Shown piece after piece: positions 1-11,524 of a stretch of 32,000 nt of DNA; position 1 is the stretch's first letter; every line of letters starts with the position of its first letter. This DNA comes from Candidatus Saccharimonadota bacterium (GTDB taxonomy: Bacteria; Patescibacteriota; Gracilibacteria; BD1-5; UBA6164), in NCBI GenBank assembly GCA_963677765.1, contig OY782392.1, positions 600,001 through 632,000 of the forward strand, in the 5' to 3' direction. Both the position numbers and the translations under genes were made by a program. A model generated the notes under the pieces. The model ran no database searches. It had not been told where the DNA came from and saw only the letters and a program-made list of their open reading frames with translations.

Positions 1-2136
1 TTAAGATATGATTACTCATATAGGTTTTATGATGACTTTCATAATAATACTAACAGTACTATATACTTTAACAACTATAGTGTTGATTTTATAAACTGAT
101 CTTTCTTAGATTCAGGTTGATCTTTTTGATGGACAAATAATATTGCAAATAATTGATATCAATTATGATCAAGATCAAGTACTAGGGTATTAGAAACATC
201 TGCACCAAAATGGAGAATTGATTCAAAACCTTCTTCAAGAACTAATTGAACAAGAAATAGTTATGATTTCGGTATAGAATATACTATTGCATATGACTAT
301 TCTAATAATTATCCAGATTCAAGTGATGATTATTCTCATAAGGAATGTGTTTATTATAGTGTAACTTGGTGTTGAGATGGTGTATTAGATAGCTCTTATG
401 AAACTTGTGATTATAATGATCCAAATCAATTATGATGGTGAACAGGAGGTTGTAATACTAGTTGTGAACCTATAAATGATACAACTTCAAGTTCAAGTTC
501 GTCTAGTTCTTCTAGTTCGTCATCATCTAGTTCGAGTAGTTCATCTTCAAGTTCTAGTTCATCTAGTTCATCATCATCTAGTTCAAGTTCGTCTAGTTCT
601 TCTAGTTCGTCATCATCTAGTTCGAGTAGTTCATCTTCAAGTTCTAGTTCATCTAGTTCATCATCAAGTTCAAGTAGTTCTTCTAGTTCTTCAGGTTGAT
701 CAAGCTCTTCAGGTTGAAGTAGTAGCTCATGATGATCAAGCTCTTCAGGATGATCTAGTAGCTCATGATGATGAACTCCAGATACATTTTGTTGAGATTG
801 ATCAGTTCAAAGACCTAGTAATAATCCTTATTCTTGTGTTACATGATATGATTCTACATGAAATCCTATTAATTGAGAATGTTATGAATATATTTTAGAA
901 GAATGTGATTATTGATCTTGAACATGGCCTTCTTGGTGTTGAGCTCCATGAACTTCGAGTCAATGTAAAATTACATGAGAATTATCTTTTCCATGAACTG
1001 GTGAATTAATATTTTGACCAGAGGATAATGTTACAATTTGAGATTGAATGAACCCATATTTTACTTATTCTCTTAGTAAACCTTATATTAGAAATAATTC
1101 GTCTTTTGATTACCATTTTGATGAATTATGTGTAGTTAAAAAATCATGAAATACTTTGGATTGAAGTACTACATGTCAATCTATGCCAGATATATTATGA
1201 GCATGACAAACTTATTATTTTACTAATTATCCTATATTAGTTTGAAATACAAGTAGTTTAACAGCATGAACTTATGATGATAATTTGGTAGTTACAACAT
1301 TGAAAAATGATGGTAGATTATATGATGATGCTTTCTTTGCAGCTGAATTATGAGTTAGAGTTTCTAAACCTAGTATAGCTACAACATGATGAGGTACTAG
1401 TTTTCTTAGTTCTACTGATTGAATATCTAATGTAAGTGTTGTTACAAATAATAAATCTAATAGTGATGAAAATAAAAACTTTGTATGATTAGGAGTTTCT
1501 ACATGAGATATTTCTAGTTATTCAGATGAACTTAATGATTCATCTTCTATAGATTTAGTTAAACAAGAATGAGATGACTATAGTATAAAATCAAACTCTA
1601 ATTCTGAGTCTACATGAATTACATTAGCAACTTCTAATAGCTTATCAGATTTTGAAAGTTATAATTGAATAAGTAATGCTTTTGTTTTGAGGGATACAGA
1701 CTTTATAATTAATTCTTCAACTCTATATTGAGAAACTTGAGTAAGAACATATATAATAGAGTGAGGTAATTTGTTTATAAATTGAAATATATTATATCCA
1801 AGTAATATTGCTTTTGTTGTAAAAGGTTGAAATATTATTATAAATAAAGATGTTTCAAGAATAGAATGAACTTATATTACTATAGCTAATTGAAGTGAAG
1901 GTTGAGATATAAAATCAGACTGAATAAAAACAACTAATACTTTAAATGTATTTTGATCATTGTATTGAAATACAAATGATTTAGTAAATAATAGAACTTA
2001 TATCAAATATAATTCATGATGACAACTAGATGTTTGAACTATAGTTAGTTTTGGTTCTTCTGTTTTTAGACAGCCAGCACCATTGACATCTACTTTTATA
2101 TCTGAATATATGGATAGTATAAAAATTTCTAATTAA
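1..2136 (+). CDS. Secreted/surface protein (5' end outside window): two Myxococcus-type cysteine-rich repeats, a 69-Ser + (GGSSSS)4 linker, and a beta-rich C-terminal region
   Basis: Frame 1 has no TAA/TAG from base 1 to TAA 2134-2136 (checked codon by codon) and contains dozens of in-frame TGA. CGDGVLDSSYETCDYNDPNQLGWGTGGCNTSCE (370-471) and FCGDGSVQ...LEECDYG...WCG...QC (790-966) fit the CGDG..(E/T)CD..GC..C repeat pattern (TIGR02232/DUF4215-like). Function is inferred only. Confidence 0.75.
487..774 (+). repeat. Poly-serine coding tract: 69 consecutive Ser codons (487-693) followed by (GGSSSS)x4 GGG. It contains a perfect 2 x 90-bp tandem duplication (about 491-580 and 581-666).
   Basis: Direct reading of frame 1. 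Mixed AGT/TCA/TCT/TCG codons. The 90-bp period is also visible in the off-frame ORF-track peptide (30-aa unit repeated). Confidence 0.9.
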
Positions 2137-2168
2137 AAAAAAGAATAGCAATTGCTATTCTTTTTTTA
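2135..2168. terminator. Bidirectional rho-independent terminator between convergent genes
   Basis: Perfect palindrome GAATAGCAATTGCTATTC (2143-2160) flanked by an A-run upstream and a T-run downstream. Confidence 0.6.
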
Positions 2169-3203
2169 GTATATTTTGGGTATAAACTTATATTTAACTC
2201 TTTTTTTGTATTCAATATAATCTGGATCCATTCATAAATGTTTTTCCTCTGTCATAGCCCTTAGGTAATATATTGTGAACCAAAGCGATAATGAAATAAT
2301 TATAAGTATTAATGTTTTTATATTTAAATTATTTATATTAAATATTATTATAGGAAGAGCTCAAATTAACCGAGAAATATTTTTTGAAGCATAAGCAGGA
2401 TGTCTTACATATTTATATGGTCATCTTGTTATTATTCATCTATTTGTAAGATTACTTGCTTTTAATCATAGTGATATTGAAGCCCGAGAATATATTCAAA
2501 AAGATATCAATAATATTGTATTTAAAGCAATATGAATATTTATATTTTCAAATGTAGGAAAATCACTGCTATACCATCATAATATTTTTTCTAAACTTAT
2601 ATTAAAAGGAGGGTAACATATTATTGTTACTATCCATCATAATAAAGTAGGTTCAACACTTTTTATTTTATTTCAAAGATATTTGCTTTCCAGCATATAT
2701 CATAAAGTAAAGAATAACAAGTCTATTATAAATATAAATGTTAATATTCATGCAAATAGATATGTATTAAAGTAGAATAAAAAATTACTTCATATCAAAT
2801 CTATTTCATTATATCACCAATATATTTTGTTTATTACATATCAAATATTTCAACTTAGCCATAGTATCATCATTGGTAAGAAAAATAATTTAACTATCCA
2901 TGCAAGTATAGAATTTTTTTCTTCCTTATTTATTTTAGTTTTTTTATTTTTGAATTTTTTTATAAAGAAATTAATTGCTACTCTAGCTTTAGAATTCTCT
3001 TTTTCAAATATATAAAATGGTATTAATAGTACTGCATATAAAATAATTATTATATGAAATATATCTAAACTATTAATATTAAAATCAAGGAAATTTAGAT
3101 CTTTTATGAAAAAATCTTTATAGTAATTATTATTAGTATAGAATAGATATCATATAATAATAAATAACATAGTAGATGAATAGTTTTTTATTAAGTCTTT
3201 CAT
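2166..3203 (-). CDS. Isoprenylcysteine carboxyl methyltransferase (ICMT)/phospholipid methyltransferase-family polytopic membrane protein
   Basis: 345-aa table-25 ORF, checked for absence of TAA/TAG. An in-frame TAA lies just upstream of the ATG at 3203. Multiple hydrophobic segments. C-terminal motif NLTNRGIITRGPYKYVRHPAYASK...YYLRAMTEEKHLGMDPDYIEYKKRV matches the L.T.G.Y..VRHP.Y / R...EE..L signature of this family. Confidence 0.7.
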
Positions 3204-3322
3204 TTTTTTTTATTATCTTTTTATTTGAATAAATATTAAGTAAAAATATTCAAAAGTAAATATTAATTGCATTTTAGAGTTTTTTTATTAAATTACTCTT
3301 TATTATTATTTAATTATTATAA

Positions 3323-3913
3323 ATGAAGAAAGGACATATATTTTTTATTTCATGAGTTGCTTGAGCATGAAAATGAACTGCAATAAAATGACTTTTAAAT
3401 GAAAATATACCTAATTTAGAGCTTGCATTATCTTGTAAAACCAGAGAGCCTAGGAAATGAGAGATTTTATGAGTAGATTATAATAAATTATCAGTTGAAG
3501 ATTTTAAAAAATCTATTGATAATTGAGAATTCTTAGAATATAATTTTATTCATAATCAGGCTTATTATTGAACAAGAATGGAAGATGTTATTGATAATTG
3601 AATAAATAAAGGGAAGATAATAATTAAAGAAATGGATATACTTATTTTACCTAAAGTATTAGAAGAGAGATTTAACTTAAGAGATCACTTTACTTATATA
3701 TTTATTGATTTACCGATTGAGTCAATTAGAGAAAGAATGATGCATAGGTGAGATGATGTTACATGATTAGATTATGAAAATAGAATTAATTCTGCATTGA
3801 AAGAAAAAAAACTTAAGCACTTAGCTGATTATATTATTGATTGAAGTTGAAGACCTGAAGATACTTTAAATCAATTAAAAGATATTATATTTAATAAAAT
3901 AAATAAACTTTAA
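3323..3913 (+). CDS. gmk: Guanylate kinase
   Basis: MKKGHIFFISGVAGAGKGT... P-loop with all four Gly encoded by TGA. CKTREPRKGEILGVDYNKLS and FLEYNFIHNQAYYGT motifs. 196 aa. Confidence 0.9.
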
Positions 3914-4569
3914 TGAAAATACATATTGTTACTATATTTCCTGAAAGTTTTGATTCATATTTTTCTAGTTCAATATTAAAAAAATCAATTGAAAATAAAT
4001 TCTTAGAAGTATTTTTTTATAAATTAAATGATTTTTCTGACCTTCCTACTAAGAGAGTTGATTCAAAAGCTTATTGAATGCACTGACAAGTATTATCTCC
4101 AATATATTTATCAAATGCTGTTGATTATATTTTTTCTAGGTTATGAAAAAAAATACCAGTAATATATTTAACTCCATCATGAGATCTTTTAAATCAAGAA
4201 TATTTAGAAAAATTTTATGAAAATAAAGGTTCTAAAGAATTTATTTTGATTTGTTGACATTATGAATGAGTAGATCAAAGATTTATAGATTTATATGTTG
4301 ATTATGAAATAAGTATATGAGAATATGTTTTAACAAGTTGAGAATTATCATCTATGGTTTTTATAGATTCTTTGATTAGGAATATTCCTGGTGTTTTATG
4401 AAATTCTTTATCTTTGGAAGAAGATAGTTTTTCCAAAAAATTAGATAGACAAAAGGAGTATCCTGTGTATACTCGTCCAGAGGTTTTTAAAGGCTTGCAT
4501 GTTCCAAGTGTTTTAATTTCATGAGATCATAAAAAAATTAATGATTGGAAAAATAATAACTTAAGATAA
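3913..4569 (+). CDS. trmD: tRNA (guanine37-N1)-methyltransferase
   Basis: The ATG overlaps the gmk stop (TAATG). [43 protein letters not shown], EEDSF and YPVYTRPEVF motifs. 218 aa. Confidence 0.9.
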
Positions 4570-4580
4570 CTAAAACTTTT

Positions 4581-4940
4581 ATGGATTGATTAAATAAATA
4601 TATTGATGTAATATGGACAAGTATTACTTTTGAATTTGCATTTAAATTTTTTGTTGTTTATTTTTTTATAATTTGGATTGCTTTATTAATTTGGGTTATA
4701 AAAGATATATCTATTAGAACTAATAACTTATTTATTCAAATTATTTCAATTTTTATTATATTATTTTTAACACCACTTTGAATTTTTATATATTTACTTA
4801 TTAGGCCAAGACATACCTTATATGAAAAATATTATTTAGAGATAGAAGAAAATTTAGATATAATTAATGAAATAGTTGAAGAAAGAAGAAAAAAGATAGA
4901 ATTAGAAAGATCTAATGATAATAAAAAAGAAGAAGCTTAA
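4581..4940 (+). CDS. Small membrane protein with a PLD-nuclease N-terminal (PLDc_N)-like domain
   Basis: 119 aa. Two TM helices, with WVIKDI...TPLGIFIYLLIRP resembling the PLDc_N pattern. Charged coiled C-terminus. Confidence 0.55.
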
Positions 4941-4954
4941 GCTTCTTCTTTTTA
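4923..4954. terminator. Bidirectional terminator between the small membrane protein gene and tig
   Basis: 24-bp perfect palindrome AAGAAGAAGCTTAAGCTTCTTCTT (4927-4950) with flanking A and T runs. It overlaps both stop codons. Confidence 0.6.
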
Positions 4955-6256
4955 TTATTTTTTAGTAAAAAATGATTCTATTAAATTTCTATATACCATT
5001 CTTTGTTTTAATTCTTCATAGTATTTAGTTCAAGGAACATATAATTCTTTTAATCTATTTAAAACTTCTTGGTTTTCAAATTTAGACATTATTTTTTCTA
5101 TTTCTTTTTTCATTTCTTCTTCAGAAATATCAGTTTTTTCAATCTCAGCTAATTTATGTAAAATTAATTCACCTTGAAGTCTTTTTAAAGCTGTTTCTTT
5201 TACATGATTTTCTTTGTAATCTTCTTCACTCATTTTTAGGCTTTCTAAGTAATCTGCCATTTTTATATTTTGTGAAGTCATGTTTTCTTTTATTTCAGAA
5301 AATACTTTTTCAATTTGATTTTTTAATAGATTTTCTCAAACTTCTAATTTTGAAACTTTTAATAATTCATCTATTAATTTACTTTCTTCTTCTATTCTGG
5401 CATTAGCTTCTTTAGTTTCTTTAATTTCTTCTTTTATAAGTTCTTTAAAACCATCTAAGTCTAATTTTTTACCTCTTAATTGTTCTATGAATTCTTCTGT
5501 AAACTCAGGTTTAACAGCTCTTTCAAATTTTTTTATTGTAACTTTAAATTTAGTTTTTTTGTTAGCAAAATCTGCATTGTGATAATCTTCAGGAAAATTA
5601 ACATCAATTTCTAGTTCATCATCTAATTTTGCTCATACTAATTGTTCTTCAAATCAAGGAACAAGTATGTTTGAACCTAAAACTAAAGGATAATCTTGCA
5701 TCGAAGTATTATCAAGTAATTTATCATTTTCAAAACCTTGAGTATCGATAGTTGCTCTATCTCACATTTTTAATTTTGATCTTTTATCTGTAACTTCTTC
5801 AAATTTTGTAAATCTTTTTTCTATATCTTCTAATGCTTTTTTAACTTCATCTGCACTAACTTTTATTTCAGTTTTTTCTAAAGATATATCTTTGTATTTT
5901 TTATCAATTTCTACTTTAGGTAAAACTTCAATATGAATTTTTATTTTTAATGGTGATTGAGAAATTATTTCTTTAATTATTCATTGAGCAACAGGAATTA
6001 ATTTTTCTTCTCTTATAGAATCTTTATACATTTTATCTATAGAGTAATCAATAGCCATTTTGTTTATATGGTCTTCTCCATATTGTCTTAAAATTACATC
6101 TTCTGGTATTTTAGAACCTTTTCTAAAACCTTTAACTTCAGCATTTTCTTGTAAATGTTTTAATGCATTTTTTCTTGCTTTTGCAACATTTTCAGTTGAT
6201 TCTTCAACAACTAATTCAACTATAGAATTTTCTAAATCTTTTCTAGTTATTTTCAT
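4955..6256 (-). CDS. tig: Trigger factor
   Basis: 433-aa table-25 ORF (frame checked for TAA/TAG). The N-terminus MKITRKDLENS...VKGFRKGSKIPEDVI carries the ribosome-binding GFR.GK.P signature. Length and domain order are typical. Confidence 0.9.
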
Positions 6257-6297
6257 GTTTATAGTTTTAAAATAAATAAATTTTTTAAACGGCGCGT

Positions 6298-6325
6298 ATT
6301 ATATATAAAATAAATTAAATATCAA
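6298..6325 (-). promoter_or_regulatory. Candidate sigma70-type promoter of tig
   Basis: On the minus strand: TTGATA (6325-6320), a 16-nt spacer, then TATAAT (6303-6298). It is followed at once by the only GC-rich block nearby, ACGCGCCG, about 40 nt upstream of the tig ATG. Confidence 0.45.
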
Positions 6326-6335
6326 TTTTTTAGTT

Positions 6336-7469
6336 TTATTTTTTTATTTTTATATCATAATCGAAACTGTCAAGTTCTTGATTATATATGTATTTTATTC
6401 AATAATCGTCATATTGTTGATAATCTTCTACATAGTAGTCTAAATATCATTTATTGAATAACTCTTCTTGATCTTCTGCATTTCTTCAATTATCATTAAG
6501 AAATTTTTTATTAGCTTTCTCAATGTATACTAAATTTAACTCACGACTTGCTTTGTAAATATAATTAAAACATTCTCTAGTTTCTGATTTATCATTTTCT
6601 AATTCTTTGTATGGTCATATTGCTTGTTTTGTAGTATTTGAAATAGTTTCAATTAATTTGCTGTCTAATTCTATATTTCAATTTAAGAATACTCATACTC
6701 ATATGTTAGTCATTTCATTTGCTAAAAATGAACATATTTCGTTGTTAGCTTCGTTTGTTGCAAGTGATAAGTTTAAAAACATAAAGTAAGACTTTTCTCT
6801 ATCTCATCATTTTCATTGCATTATCGCTGCCATTACTTTTGCTCAACTAGGAGAATCTTTTGCAGTTCAGGCTATTTTATAATATAGTGCAGATGATTTT
6901 GCATCCTTTAAATATTGATAATAATTGAATGCTAAATAGTATGCAGGTTTGTATGATTTACATACATCTTGAAATTCTTTATCTGTCCATAAGTTTTCTA
7001 AATTATTAACCATTTCAATTTTTTCAATTTTTTCTTTATCACAAAAATAATCTACTCATTTTTTTCATATTGTTATTGCTTCATCTATATGTTTTTTTTG
7101 CTCTTCATTATTTAAATTTTCATATCTTGGGTTATAATCTGGTAGTAATAATTGTGTTATTACATAAGGGTGTTCAAAATAAGGATTTATATCTGTTACT
7201 AAATTTGTTATATGAAATAAGTATTTTTTATATTCGCTATGAAAAGCATTAGATCATATATATTGTATTGTTTGAAGCCAATAATAATCAGCTTTTAAAT
7301 TTTTAAATCAAAAAGATGTTATTTTTGCTATTTCACTTTTTGGTAAATTTTCTGGGTGATTAATTAATTCTTTTTTTATTTCTTTTTGTTTTGTATAGTT
7401 TTGTTCATTTATTTTCCAAAATGAAAAAATACTTATAAATAAAAAAATAATTATTAATATTTTTTTCAT
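6336..7469 (-). CDS. Hypothetical N-terminally membrane-anchored protein, TPR-like helical repeats
   Basis: 377-aa table-25 ORF (checked). MKKILIIIFLFISIFSFW signal/anchor, then ADYYWLQTIQYIG and AYYLAFNYYQYLKDAKSSALYYKIAGTAKDSP...GGDREKS, which read as TPR-like. An alternative upstream ATG at 7499 is less likely. Confidence 0.65.
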
Positions 7470-7488
7470 ATTTATTGCTAAGTAATTA

Positions 7489-7980
7489 TTAAATATCATC
7501 TCAATCTATATCTATTGTAAGTTTTTCATTTACTTTACATATAAATAATCTTCTTTCTTCTCATTCTCAAATACTTTTTGTATAAATTTTTTTGTTATCA
7601 TATTCAGAAACAATAGAATGAATTTTTTTTCTTTCATATGCATTATAATATGGTAGCCTTAAATCGTTTCAAGATTTTTCTACATATGATATTTTTTCTA
7701 AAATTAATTTTTTTAATCTTTCATCCTTTGATTCTACATAGTCATTAACTTCTAAATAGACTTTTAATCTATCTTTAGAAAGTTTATTTATCATGAGTTT
7801 TAATATATTTGATATATTTGATAAATTTTTTCAACTAGGTCAAATTACTAATCATGAGTCACTAGTTTTTAATTTTATATAAAATATATTTAAGTCTTTT
7901 TCTTCTATACTTAAATCTTCTACATCAACTCATAAATTATAAAAAAATTTTTCTGATAAATCTTTTATTTTTTCTAACAT
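7489..7980 (-). CDS. khpB: RNA-binding protein KhpB/Jag (KH + R3H domains)
   Basis: 163 aa. GLVIGPSGKNLSNISNIL (KH GxxG loop) and LPYYNAYERKKIHSIV...TKSIGEGEERRLFI (R3H). Confidence 0.8.
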
Positions 7981-8116
7981 AATTAAAAAATTAATTTTAA
8001 GTTTTATTAAGATTAATAAAAAATGGCTTTGTTGCAAGTTTTTATATTTTTTTGACTTTTTATAAAAAATACTTATCTTACTGCAAATATTTCCTTTAAT
8101 TATTCAATAAATATAA

Positions 8117-10501
8117 ATGCCAGATAAAAATATAGTAGATGATTATTATTCAAATATAAATTCTTCAGATTGAAATCAATCAGAAGAGGGTAACTCTCAA
8201 AAAAAAGTAAAAATTGTTACTAAGAAAAAAGTAGTAGTTAAAAAACCTGTTCCAAAAAAGGAATCAGGTAATTTAAATGATTCAAAAAAATCAAATAAAA
8301 ATTCACAATGAACTGATTCTAATCAAAGTCAAAATAAAAAGAAAAAGATAGTTCAAAAGATAGAGGTTATAAAAAAACCAGAAAAGAGAAATATAACTGT
8401 AGTGAAAAAAGAAGATCAAGAACCTAAAGTAAAAACTAGAAGATCTGCTCAAAAAAATCAAAATGAACAAAATAAGGATTCAATAGTTCCTGGTGTTAAT
8501 CTTAATAAAGATAATGTTAAAACTTTTTGAAAAAATAAACCTAAAGTTACAAAAACTGATTCTCAAGATTCTGAGAAAAAAGCTGGTAAACCAAAATTTG
8601 TTAACAGAAAAACAAGAGGTAAGGTTAATTTTGCAAGAGATGAAGATTTAGTTTTTACTAGATCTAATAAAATTCAAAAAACAAAGAAAAAAGAAAAGGA
8701 TGTTGAAAATATACAACAAAATTTGGTTGAAAAAAAATGAGAAACTATAATTGTGCCAGAAGTTTTATCTTTAAAAGAGTTGTCTGAAAAGTTTTGAGTT
8801 GTTTTACCAAAATTGATTGCTGAATTTATGAAAAATTGATTAATGGTTAATATAAATTCAAAAATTGATTATGAAACAGCAGCAATTATCTGAGAAGCTT
8901 TTGATATAACTGTTGAAAAAGAAAGTTGAAATTGAGCATCTGTTGAAGATATTTTAATCTGAGATATTTCAAATTTTTTACTAGAAGATGATTCTTCAAA
9001 ACTTTTACCTAGATCACCTGTTGTATCTATTATGGGGCATGTAGATCATGGTAAAACTTCATTGCTTGATTATATTAGAAAAGCTAAAGTAGCATCTTGA
9101 GAAGCATGATGAATAACTCAAAGTATATGAGCTTATCAAGTAGAGTTAGATCAATGAAATATTACTTTTTTAGATACTCCATGACATGAAGCTTTTACTG
9201 TTATGAGAGCTAGATGAGCTAAGTCTACGGATATTGCTATATTAGTTGTTGCTTCTGATGAATGAGTAAAACCACAAACTATAGAATCTATTAATCATGC
9301 TAAAGAAGCTGATATACCTGTTATAGTTGCTATAAATAAAATGGATAAAGTTTGAGCTAATCCTGATCATGTAAAATGACAATTAGCAGAAAATTGATTA
9401 ATGCCAGAAGATTGGGGTGGAGATATTCCAATGATTCCAGTTTCTGCTCATACTTGATTTTGAATAGATGAATTATTAGAAATGATATTATTGGTTTCAG
9501 AAATGAAGGAATTAAAAGCTAATCCAAATAGAAATGGTGTTGCTACAGTTGTTGAATCTCATTTAGATTCTAATTTATGACCAGTAGCCACTGTTTTAGT
9601 TAATACTTGAACTATCAATTCATGAGACAATATAGTATGTCAAGATTCATATTGAAAAGTTAAAATCTTAAGAAATTATAATAATCAAAAAGTTAAGTTT
9701 GCTAAACCTTGAGATCCTGTTTTGATAGTTGGTTTAGATAAGGTTGTAGATGGTTGAGATATTTTACAAGTTGTTAATAATTCAGATATAGCTAAGGTAA
9801 AAGCACTTCAATATAAAGAATTACTTGAAAAACAAAAGAAAGAGTCAGCTTCATGATTAGATCTTCTTATGTCTAAAATTAAGGCTTGAAACTTAAAACA
9901 ACTTAAAATAATACTTAAAGCTGATACTAATGGTTCATTAGAGGCAATGAAAGCATCTTTAATTAAATTGTCTACTGAAGAAACTAGTGTTTCAATTATA
10001 CATTCATGAGTAGGTTCTATTACAGAATGAGATATTCTTATGTGACAATGAAGTGAAGCTATACTTGTTTGATTTAATGTTGGTGTTTTACCTACAGCAA
10101 AAACAACACTAGAGTCATCATGAGTTGAATTTATTTCTAGTGATATTATTTATCATATAACTGAAAGAATAGAAAAAATTATAACTTGAATGCTTGATCC
10201 AAAAGAAGTAGAAGTTATTTTATGAAGAGTTAAAGTTGGTTGAATATTCTTTACTGAAAAGAAATTTATGATTTTATGATTGATTGTTGGTCCAGATGCT
10301 AAGATAGAAAATAAAACTAAAGTTAGAATATTAAGAAAGAAAAAATTTGTAGGTTCTTGAGAAATAGATTCTCTTAAACAATGAACTTTGGAGGTTAAAG
10401 AAGTTGAATGACCAATAGAATGTTGAATAAAATTGATAACTTCATTTAAGGTTGAAGAATGAGATGAATTAGAAGTTTATAAAATTGAAATTCAAAAATA
10501 A
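8117..10501 (+). CDS. infB: Translation initiation factor IF-2
   Basis: 794 aa. K/N-rich N-terminus. G-domain motifs [20 protein letters not shown] (Gly = TGA 9182-9184) and NKMDK. C-terminal domains colinear with IF-2. Confidence 0.95.
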
Positions 10502-10521
10502 TTTTTAATTATACTATTACA

Positions 10522-10950
10522 ATGAAGAATTTATTAAAAAGTATGAATTTACTTTCTTCTCTTTGAGAAGATGATTTAAATAATTTAAGTTTATTTTGTC
10601 AAAATAAGATAGTAAAAAAATGAGAAGTACTTTTTTATGAATGAGACGAGGCTAATGCAATGTATTTGCTTAGAGTTTGAAGTTTTGATATAACAAAAAC
10701 AATTAAGTGAAGTTCTGTAAAATTGTGAAGTGTTCAAGCTGAAGAAGTTTTATGAGAAATGGCATTATTCTGAGATCATTGAAAAAGGATGGCTACAGCT
10801 ACTGCTACAATGGATAGTGAATTAATAACTATATTATCATTTTCTATAAAAGAGTTAGCTAAAAAAAATCCAGATCTTTTAACAAAAATAAAAGATATTA
10901 TAAATGCTAGGCTAATTGATAATAAATTAGTTGAAGAAAAATTAAAATAA
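10522..10950 (+). CDS. Stand-alone cyclic-nucleotide-binding (cNMP/Crp effector) domain protein
   Basis: 142 aa. GEVLFYEGDEANAMYLLRVG...GEMALF...RMATATA matches the beta-roll and phosphate-binding cassette. No HTH or other output domain. Confidence 0.7.
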
Positions 10951-10971
10951 AAAATGGCTTATAGTCAAGCT

Positions 10972-11025
10972 AAAAAACACCTAATGTAAGTTTTTGAAAA
11001 AAAGATTTGCAATTAGGTGTTTTTT
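10972..11025 (+). terminator. Hairpin/terminator downstream of the cNMP-binding gene
   Basis: AAAAAACACCTAAT (10972-10985) is the exact reverse complement of ATTAGGTGTTTTTT (11012-11025). The loop is 26 nt, unusually large for an intrinsic terminator. Confidence 0.4.
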
Positions 11026-11034
11026 GTATAGAAT
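11007..11034 (+). promoter_or_regulatory. Candidate promoter of infA-rpmJ-rpsM...
   Basis: TTGCAA (11007-11012), 16 nt, TAGAAT (11029-11034). It overlaps the 3' arm of the upstream hairpin. Confidence 0.35.
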
Positions 11035-11068
11035 GCTGTCACATTTTTGTATTTTTATTGACTTTTTT

Positions 11069-11299
11069 ATGTCAAACAAACAAGATAAAATCGAGGTAGA
11101 GGGTATTATAATTAAGGCTCTACCTGGTCTGGTATTTGATATTCAATTACCAGAAGAGTTTTGATGAGGAATTATCCAATGATACCTTAGTTGAAAAATG
11201 AGAAATAACTTTATTAAACTAATCGAGTGAGATAAAGTATTAGTAGAGTTGTCGCCTTATGATTTAACTAAATGAAGGATAGTCTTTAGACAAAAATAG
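11069..11299 (+). CDS. infA: Translation initiation factor IF-1
   Basis: 76 aa. IEVEGIIIKALPG..F.., [28 protein letters not shown]. The conserved Gly residues are TGA. TAG stop. Confidence 0.9.
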
Positions 11300-11353
11300 T
11301 TTTCTCTGTTTCTATAAAAAACAGAAATGTTTATTAATTACTTATATATTGAT

Positions 11354-11470
11354 ATGAAAGTAAGAGCATCTGCAAAACCAATTTGCGACAAATGTAAAGT
11401 CGTAAAAAGAAAAGGAATTGTTAGAGTTATTTGTAGTGTTGATCCAAAACACAAACAAAGACAAGGATAA
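11354..11470 (+). CDS. rpmJ: 50S ribosomal protein L36
   Basis: [38 protein letters not shown], 38 aa. Confidence 0.9.
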   Translation: MKVRASAKPICDKCKVVKRKGIVRVICSVDPKHKQRQG

Positions 11471-11524
11471 TTCTGTAAAATGTTACAATAAAGTATTTTA
11501 TATTTATATTATATAACAGATATT

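Noticed and set aside
476-898. 140-aa ORF-track peptide MIQLQVQVRLVLL... with a striking internal repeat.
   Set aside because: It is an off-frame reading of the poly-serine coding tract. Frame 1 is continuous from base 1 to 2136 and encodes recognisable Cys-rich repeats.
10954-10989. Mini-ORF ATGGCTTATAGTCAAGCTAAAAAACACCTAATGTAA (11 aa) after the cNMP-binding gene, considered as a possible leader peptide for infA.
   Set aside because: It overlaps the 5' arm of the terminator-like hairpin, and it is too short with no supporting feature. A leader-peptide role cannot be supported from sequence alone.
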